From a virus (Duplodnaviria; Caudoviricetes), in the IMG/VR virus record IMGVR_UViG_3300032259_000002, positions 1 to 64,000 of that record: a DNA stretch of 64,000 nt; one strand, written 5' to 3'. A program made the position numbers and the translations under genes. The notes under the pieces were generated by a model that saw only the letters and a list, made by a program, of their open reading frames with translations, made no database searches and was not told the origin of the DNA. Below are positions 58,813-64,000 of this stretch, in pieces; the stretch's first letter is position 1, and every line of letters starts with the position of its first letter.

Positions 58813-59609
58813 AAGAAATTACCTCTCAGTAAAGATCTATTGAAAGGCCTATCTGGAAGGTACTTTTCAAGATCAAGAAAATAAATAATATTAAGCTCAT
58901 CTCTTTTTTTATAATCAGCAGAAAGCTCTTCGTAGTTATAGCCCTTTTCCTCGAAATAATGGAGAATATGGTCTTGGACTATTTTTGAATAATTAGAAAA
59001 ATGCTGGCCTTCTATACCAGCTTTGGGAGATTTATCAGATACCACTACCTTATGTGGTATTTTTGAAAAATCGTAACCATCTCTATTTCTGATAGGAACT
59101 ATGACCGAGCCGAAGCGGCCGGTCTTTACCCAAGAAGTACTATCAACAGAAAACCAAGGATAGCGGAGAAGTATCTTCAGTGAGGTAACTCCAAAGCCAT
59201 GTATCTTACAAACAGGCCAGCCTTCTTGATCAGTCAGATACTTAGCAAATAAACCGTCCAGCCAGGGCATCAACTTTTTGCCCGGAGTCCCCACCATACC
59301 ACCAAGGGCTATGTAATCGTATCCCTCTTCTAAATATTTTTTAAGGTATTTTATATCGGTATTAAAATGAAAACAAGGTAGTGGATTCAATCCTTTTTTC
59401 TCAAGGTATTTTTGATTCTTATAAGTGGCTTCCGGATCTCCAATCACATCAAGATTGGCATACACTGTTAAATACTTTTTGTACTCTTTAATAAAATCAG
59501 CATATTCATCTATACTTATTTCAATACCTTTTGACCAAGCAGAGAAAGCACCACTATCAAGAAATAAATCTACTTTATTTTCTGACTTATCACTTCTTCT
59601 TTTTCTCAT
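58809..59609 (-). CDS. dpdA: DpdA-like 7-deazaguanine DNA transglycosylase core (N-terminally short)
   Basis: LFLDSGAFS, ANLDVI, PCFH, IALGG, IHGFG, SVDSTSW TGT-like motifs; adjacent to queC and folE. Confidence 0.85.
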   Translation of the reverse strand: MRKRRSDKSENKVDLFLDSGAFSAWSKGIEISIDEYADFIKEYKKYLTVYANLDVIGDPEATYKNQKYLEKKGLNPLPCFHFNTDIKYLKKYLEEGYDYIALGGMVGTPGKKLMPWLDGLFAKYLTDQEGWPVCKIHGFGVTSLKILLRYPWFSVDSTSWVKTGRFGSVIVPIRNRDGYDFSKIPHKVVVSDKSPKAGIEGQHFSNYSKIVQDHILHYFEEKGYNYEELSADYKKRDELNIIYFLDLEKYLPDRPFNRSLLRGNFF

Positions 59610-59643
59610 TGTCTTTCCTTATAATTGGAATAAAACTTAAAAT

Positions 59644-60336
59644 CTAATCCCTTTCAAAAAGAGGGTCTTCGATGCCAGCATGATCAAAACCTTTTTGTCT
59701 GAGCAGACAAGCATGGCAGTGACCACATGGAGGATATTGCCCATTATAGCAGGTATGAGAATAGGCCAAGGCTTCCATACAGCCTTCAAGCTTACAGGCT
59801 AAATCCACTGAATCCCTTTTGGTCATAAACATTAAAGGGGTATGTATATCAAAGACAAAATCAGAACCATAAATACCTTCCCCAAGAGCTTTAGTCATAG
59901 CCACTATAAAAGTATGCCGGCAATCATGGTAGCCTGCAAAGTCCTCTTGACAAACTCCGGTTACCATATCAGTTATACCAAGACAGGCCGCTCGGTTAGC
60001 AGCTATAGTCAGAAAAAGAATATTCCTGGCTGGAACAAAAGTTGGCTCTACCCCTTCTGGTAATTCTTCATGAGATGGGTATTGACCTACTTCATAATCA
60101 CTATTTACAAGAGGGCTGGTTCCTTTAAGAACTGGGCCCAACTCAATGACCTCATGACTTGCTACCCCTGCCATTTTTGCTATCTTTTTAGCAGACTCTA
60201 ACTCAATAGAGTGTTTCTGACCATAATCAAAAGTAACGGCATGGACTTCATCAAATTTACTTTTAGCCCAGAATAGGCAAGTTGTGGAATCCTGGCCACC
60301 GCTCAAAACAACAAGGCATTTGCTCTTCTCTTTCAT
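59644..60336 (-). CDS. queC: 7-cyano-7-deazaguanine synthase
   Basis: SGGQDS PP-loop, VPARN, CY...CGHCHAC. Confidence 0.95.
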   Translation of the reverse strand: MKEKSKCLVVLSGGQDSTTCLFWAKSKFDEVHAVTFDYGQKHSIELESAKKIAKMAGVASHEVIELGPVLKGTSPLVNSDYEVGQYPSHEELPEGVEPTFVPARNILFLTIAANRAACLGITDMVTGVCQEDFAGYHDCRHTFIVAMTKALGEGIYGSDFVFDIHTPLMFMTKRDSVDLACKLEGCMEALAYSHTCYNGQYPPCGHCHACLLRQKGFDHAGIEDPLFERD

Positions 60337-60353
60337 ATCTGCTCCTATGATAC

Positions 60354-61160
60354 TTATAATTTTATTAAAGACATCAACTCTGCTCTAGCAGCAATGCCTT
60401 TTTGGCTATCATCTTTAAACACCCCAGTAAGAGCGGAGGTGGTCATTATTGAGCCCTGTTTCTCCACTCCCCGCGAAGTCATGCAAAAATGTTGGGCCTC
60501 AATAATACAAGCAGCACCTATACACTTAAGATTCTCCATTAAGGCATTTACCGCTTGTTTTCCTATTCTTTCCTGTATCTGAAGCCTTCTACTAAAAATT
60601 TCAAAAAGTCTTGCAAGTTTAGATACTCCAATTACTTTCTCATTTGGAATATAAGCTAAGTGAAAGCGACCAAAAAACGGCAACAGGTGATGCTCACAAG
60701 TAGAATAAAACTCACAATTTTTAAGGAGTACCAACTCGTCATACCCTTCCGAATCAAAAACCTTGAATACTTCTTTGGGATCTAATTTGTAACCAGAAAA
60801 AAGATGGTCGTAAGACTTAAGTACTCTTTCCGGAGTCTCAAGAAGTCCCTCCCTTTCCGGATCATCTCCAAGATAGGAAATGGTAGCTCTCACATTCCTT
60901 AATAGGGCTTCTTTGTATAAGGAGGCATCTCCATCTACTGATAAGAATCTCCATTTCTTCTTATCCAAGGATCTTCTTATTAGATTTTTCTCTCTTTTCT
61001 CATAATAACCAAAAGCAACATTAGTTAACCTATCTACTCCTATAAGACAAAAGGTTTCTCCTACACCACCAGAAGGTACTCTTTGGGCTACTTTTATAGG
61101 AAAATTCTCTGATGCGTGTCCCCGTCTTTCTAACCAAATATCCTCTAAACTCTTTTCCAT
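60354..61160 (-). CDS. folE: GTP cyclohydrolase I with ~85-aa N-terminal extension
   Basis: REGLLETPERV, CEHHLLPF, RRLQIQER, HFCMTSRG. Confidence 0.93.
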   Translation of the reverse strand: MEKSLEDIWLERRGHASENFPIKVAQRVPSGGVGETFCLIGVDRLTNVAFGYYEKREKNLIRRSLDKKKWRFLSVDGDASLYKEALLRNVRATISYLGDDPEREGLLETPERVLKSYDHLFSGYKLDPKEVFKVFDSEGYDELVLLKNCEFYSTCEHHLLPFFGRFHLAYIPNEKVIGVSKLARLFEIFSRRLQIQERIGKQAVNALMENLKCIGAACIIEAQHFCMTSRGVEKQGSIMTTSALTGVFKDDSQKGIAARAELMSLIKL

Positions 61161-61180
61161 TTATGCTCTCCTATTTTTAT

Positions 61181-61606
61181 TTATTCCCAAGGGAAAACTA
61201 TCCATCTATCAGCCGGCATTTCTTCAACAAAAAAAGAAGGCTCACATCTGGTAGAAGATTTTCGATAAACAACAGCTGAATCCTCAAAACCAAGATTGTT
61301 TATATAATTAAGAGTACCGCCTGAATCAACAAGATCATCAACTACCAAAAAATCAGTAGGTATTGTTTCTATATTATTGTGCTGAATCAGCTCTTGCCTT
61401 TTTTTACAAGAGGAATATGATTCAAGGCATAGAGTTTGAACATTTCTTATATTAAGTAGATGCGAAATAATTCCTGCCACAAATAAACCACCTCTTGTAA
61501 CAGCAAGTATTCCTGGAATTACTGCTCGGTCTTCTGCTATTTTATTAGCAAGTATTCTGCAATCTTCTTCGAACTGGTTCCAAGTTACTACCAATTTATT
61601 TTCCAA
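61181..61606 (-). CDS. Type I purine phosphoribosyltransferase (Gpt-like)
   Basis: AVTRGG, LVVDDLVDSGGT PRPP loop, WIVFPWE end. Confidence 0.88.
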   Translation of the reverse strand: MENKLVVTWNQFEEDCRILANKIAEDRAVIPGILAVTRGGLFVAGIISHLLNIRNVQTLCLESYSSCKKRQELIQHNNIETIPTDFLVVDDLVDSGGTLNYINNLGFEDSAVVYRKSSTRCEPSFFVEEMPADRWIVFPWE

Positions 61607-61633
61607 TTAGGTACCTCTTTAATTTTAGGTAAA

Positions 61634-61663
61634 AAGAAGGGCTCCTTTTCCGGAGCCCTTCTT
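61634..61663 (-). terminator. Hairpin/terminator
   Basis: aagaagggctcc/ggagcccttctt 12-bp stem. Confidence 0.7.
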
Positions 61664-61673
61664 CAATAAAAAA

Positions 61674-62438
61674 TTAACCGTTAATCTCTTCAAGAATCTT
61701 CATAATGGCGTGAGCCTGACCATACTGTATACCGAGAGTGCTTGGACTGATGGTGTAGCCTTCCTTGGCAACTTTCTCTCCAATCTTCTCTTTATCCCAC
61801 TTTGGGTGCTTGCAGGTATAGTACTGAATACGTGAAATGGCCGAAGGCTTTTTGTCTTTCTTTTCCTTCTTAGGCTTTTTCTCAGCCTTACCCTTACCTT
61901 TAGACTTGCCCTTCTTGGCAGGCTTTTCTTCTTCCTCTTCCTCTTCCTCAGGGTCTTCCTCAGGCTCGGATTTTTTGGATTTTTTCCCTTTAGAAGAAGA
62001 CTTGCCCTTACCTTTAGACTTGCCCTTCTTTGCAGGCTTTTCCTCTTCCTCTTCTTCAGGGTCTTCCTCTTCCTCTTCTTCAGGGTCTTCCTCTTCCTCT
62101 TCTTCAGGGTCTTCCTCTTCCTCTTCTTCAGGGTCTTCCTCTTCCTCAGGCTCGGATTTTTTGGATTTTTTGCCTTTAGACTTGCCCTTCTTTGCAGGCT
62201 TTTCCTCTTCCTCTTCATCAGATTCCGAATCAGGGAAATCAGCAACAGCCTTGTTCTTCTCAAGAGCACTTACGGCTTTATTCAGCCAATCTTGGGCCTC
62301 TTTAGAAAGACCATCAAACTTCTTGTCAGAAAGATCGTCTGACTCGTCTGCCAGCCTTTCAAGATATTCCTGGTAATCCTCTCCTTTGTTTTGTTTAATC
62401 TTGATAGCCTTTTCCAGTTCTTTTCTTATAACACTCAT
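61674..62438 (-). CDS. Glu/Lys low-complexity protein with folded N- and C-terminal ends
   Basis: AGGAGG SD; acidic repeats alternate with KPAKKGKSKG blocks. Confidence 0.75.
   Translation of the reverse strand: MSVIRKELEKAIKIKQNKGEDYQEYLERLADESDDLSDKKFDGLSKEAQDWLNKAVSALEKNKAVADFPDSESDEEEEEKPAKKGKSKGKKSKKSEPEEEEDPEEEEEEDPEEEEEEDPEEEEEEDPEEEEEEKPAKKGKSKGKGKSSSKGKKSKKSEPEEDPEEEEEEEEKPAKKGKSKGKGKAEKKPKKEKKDKKPSAISRIQYYTCKHPKWDKEKIGEKVAKEGYTISPSTLGIQYGQAHAIMKILEEING
62041..62148. repeat. 24-bp tandem repeat (~4 copies)
   Basis: cagggtcttcctcttcctcttctt at 62057, 62081, 62105, and partial at 62129. Confidence 0.85.
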
Positions 62439-62590
62439 TTTACTTTCCTCCTAGGTTTTTTTGTTTTTTGTTATTTAGCCTATAGAGGCTGACCGCCTCC
62501 AAGCTTACTTTTTAAATTTTTAAAATCATCTCCTTTCCTTTTATTAAGAGCTGGGTTTGTTTATCCTTATTTATTAACTCCCCCAGCTCT

Positions 62591-62626
62591 TAATAATATA
62601 ATATATCATAATATCAGCAATTACAA
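62591..62626 (-). promoter_or_regulatory. Probable sigma70 promoter (TTGTAA-N17-TATTAT) followed by a 13-bp stem (62543-62594)
   Basis: Spacing 17; downstream TTAAGAG as in the duplicated early promoter. Confidence 0.55.
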
Positions 62627-62655
62627 GAAAAAAATGACTTTAAATAAAAATAATT

Positions 62656-63033
62656 CTAGCCCCTAACTCTGGCCCAGCTTTTACGCGTCTCTTTAAGGGC
62701 TACCTCTTCCAGTTTTATTCCCGGATGCGATTCAGATAGTCTTTTCTGAATCCTATTAAAAAAAGCTACGACCATTATCTCGGCAGTGGGCATCACAAAG
62801 GAATCATTCAGCATAGCATGGTCATACTTATCTTCAATCTCTTCAGAGATTATCAATTTAAGATCTCCGTAATCAACAACCATCCCCATGTCATCCAACT
62901 GGGAAGATGATACCGTAACCAAGCCTTCATAGGTATGTCCATGTAAATTCCGGCAAGCTCCTTTATGATTAGGAATATAATGAGCCGCCTCAAAACTAAA
63001 CTCCCTGCTTATTTCAACTTTTGTTTCTGACAT
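62656..63033 (-). CDS. queD: 6-carboxytetrahydropterin synthase
   Basis: FEAAH, CRNLHGH, DHAMLN, PTAE, LKET. Confidence 0.92.
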   Translation of the reverse strand: MSETKVEISREFSFEAAHYIPNHKGACRNLHGHTYEGLVTVSSSQLDDMGMVVDYGDLKLIISEEIEDKYDHAMLNDSFVMPTAEIMVVAFFNRIQKRLSESHPGIKLEEVALKETRKSWARVRG

Positions 63034-63115
63034 ATCTTTACTCCTTTTTAATTATTTAATCCTTTATATATAATACCCTTATTTTAAATTAACGTTGGTT
63101 AATCACTGAAAATAA
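63018..63115. repeat. 98-bp direct repeat, copy 2
   Basis: Matches 49513-49610 except at 63106/49601. Confidence 0.92.
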
Positions 63116-63657
63116 TTCTTGGTGATCTTAACCAAGTTATATTTAAAGGGATCATACCCAAGCATCTTGCAAAGAAATTTATTACTTTTAAAACCTTTAC
63201 TATGTTTTTTATTTACAAAATAAGAAACCTCCTCAAGCAACTCAATCGGAGTACTAAATACTAAAAATAAAACATCTAATACTTCCTTAGGTGCTTCTTT
63301 TATTATTAAATTCAAATAACCATCATTATCATAAACAGTAAATCTATCTTCAGATAGCTCCTCTATTAACTCGGTCTTATCAATAAAACTATTTTTCTTT
63401 GAGGAGTCATTAGATAGATCTACTATGAAATTATTTATACAAGTTTTAAAAATTGGGCTCAGTCTGCCTTTATCATCTAAAACTGAACCATACTTCTCAA
63501 GACATCTCTCATAAACAAAAAAAGCTTCCTGCATAAAATCTTCCTCGGAATAACCCAGCCCTTCTATTCTCCAGATTACTCTTTTAGATGCCTCTTTCAG
63601 ATAAGGAATTACCTGGCTTTTCCAAACTCTGATTCTTCCTCTTAAAATAGTATTCAA
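63103..63657 (-). CDS. Sigma70 region-2-like protein (phage sigma factor?)
   Basis: EEDFMQEAF..Y..CLEKY...FKTCINNFIVD pattern. Confidence 0.55.
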   Translation of the reverse strand: MNTILRGRIRVWKSQVIPYLKEASKRVIWRIEGLGYSEEDFMQEAFFVYERCLEKYGSVLDDKGRLSPIFKTCINNFIVDLSNDSSKKNSFIDKTELIEELSEDRFTVYDNDGYLNLIIKEAPKEVLDVLFLVFSTPIELLEEVSYFVNKKHSKGFKSNKFLCKMLGYDPFKYNLVKITKNYFQ

Positions 63658-64000
63658 AGTCCTGCCTCCTTTTTCTTATAATCGTTTTTAATATCAAGAA
63701 AAGATAACTGTTTGTTCTCAAGATCTGTCAGCCTTTTCTTAAATTCAGTATAAGAAATACGTTTGAAATAGTAACTCCAAAATAAAGAACAACATCTTTC
63801 TTTTAGTATTCCCATTATTACCTCCTGGATTATATTATGCTACTTCTTCCTATTCTTTAATTGTGAATCCTTTTTTATTTTTCTTCTCTTTTTCTTATCA
63901 GATCTAGCCTTTACCCTGGGCTCCCCACCAACTCTGTAATTTCTACTCTTACCCCATCTCTCGCTTTCCATTGATGATGTCATTGCCATTCCAGCAACCA

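Noticed and set aside
2815-60582. Numerous plus-strand ORFs overlapping minus-strand genes (e.g. 7785-8381, 20507-21088, 25768-26337, 30298-30768)
   Set aside because: They are antisense to clearly identified genes and show no recognisable motifs.
61700-62376. Alternative-frame ORFs 61700-62269 (-) and 61837-62376 (+)
   Set aside because: These are shadows of the low-complexity repeat in the 254-aa gene (poly-KR and poly-S translations), with no independent signals.
1-64000. TAG stop-codon reassignment (in-frame TAG junctions at 4208 and 15618, internal TAG at 34084)
   Set aside because: Long genes are intact under the standard code and coding density is high. Several TAG stops sit at the natural ends of well-defined proteins such as QueC, QueD and TMP.
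63658-64000. Short ORF fragments at the right edge
   Set aside because: Too short or truncated to assign; the frames are ambiguous without flanking sequence.
1-64000. Prophage integration module or host flanks
   Set aside because: No integrase, att-like site or host housekeeping region is visible; the whole window reads as phage.

Overview
This is a 64-kb segment of an AT-rich dsDNA tailed phage with an HK97-type head and a long tape-measure tail. The host is probably Gram-negative, judging from lipoproteins and a beta-barrel gene. Nearly all genes are on the minus strand. Reading the minus strand from the right end: sigma-like gene; 7-deazaguanine DNA-modification cluster (queD, acidic repeat protein, PRTase, folE, queC, dpdA-like); replication and recombination (beta clamp, C5-MTase, UDG-PolA, helicase-MTase, clamp loader, UvsY-like, gp32-like SSB, RecA, RuvC-like, SbcCD, dNMP kinase, ThyX); small early genes; terminase with an intein; head; tail; fibres; lysis. 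The main discovery is the 57832-58812 gap, which has no ORF in the supplied track. Manual translation shows six tandem, overlapping mini-genes of about 51-65 aa, all starting MKIY(L/F)(A/S) and all carrying an L(L/F/I)S(F/Y/H) strand. They look like the first two beta-alpha units of a DpdA TIM barrel, which the adjacent DpdA core lacks. Every mini-gene contains a dinucleotide microsatellite, and four of the six are out of frame in a way that one repeat unit would fix. This suggests a split, phase-variable DNA-modification enzyme, which is inference and needs testing. The whole modification and replication block lies between two 98-bp direct repeats. I saw no integrase, tRNA or CRISPR array.
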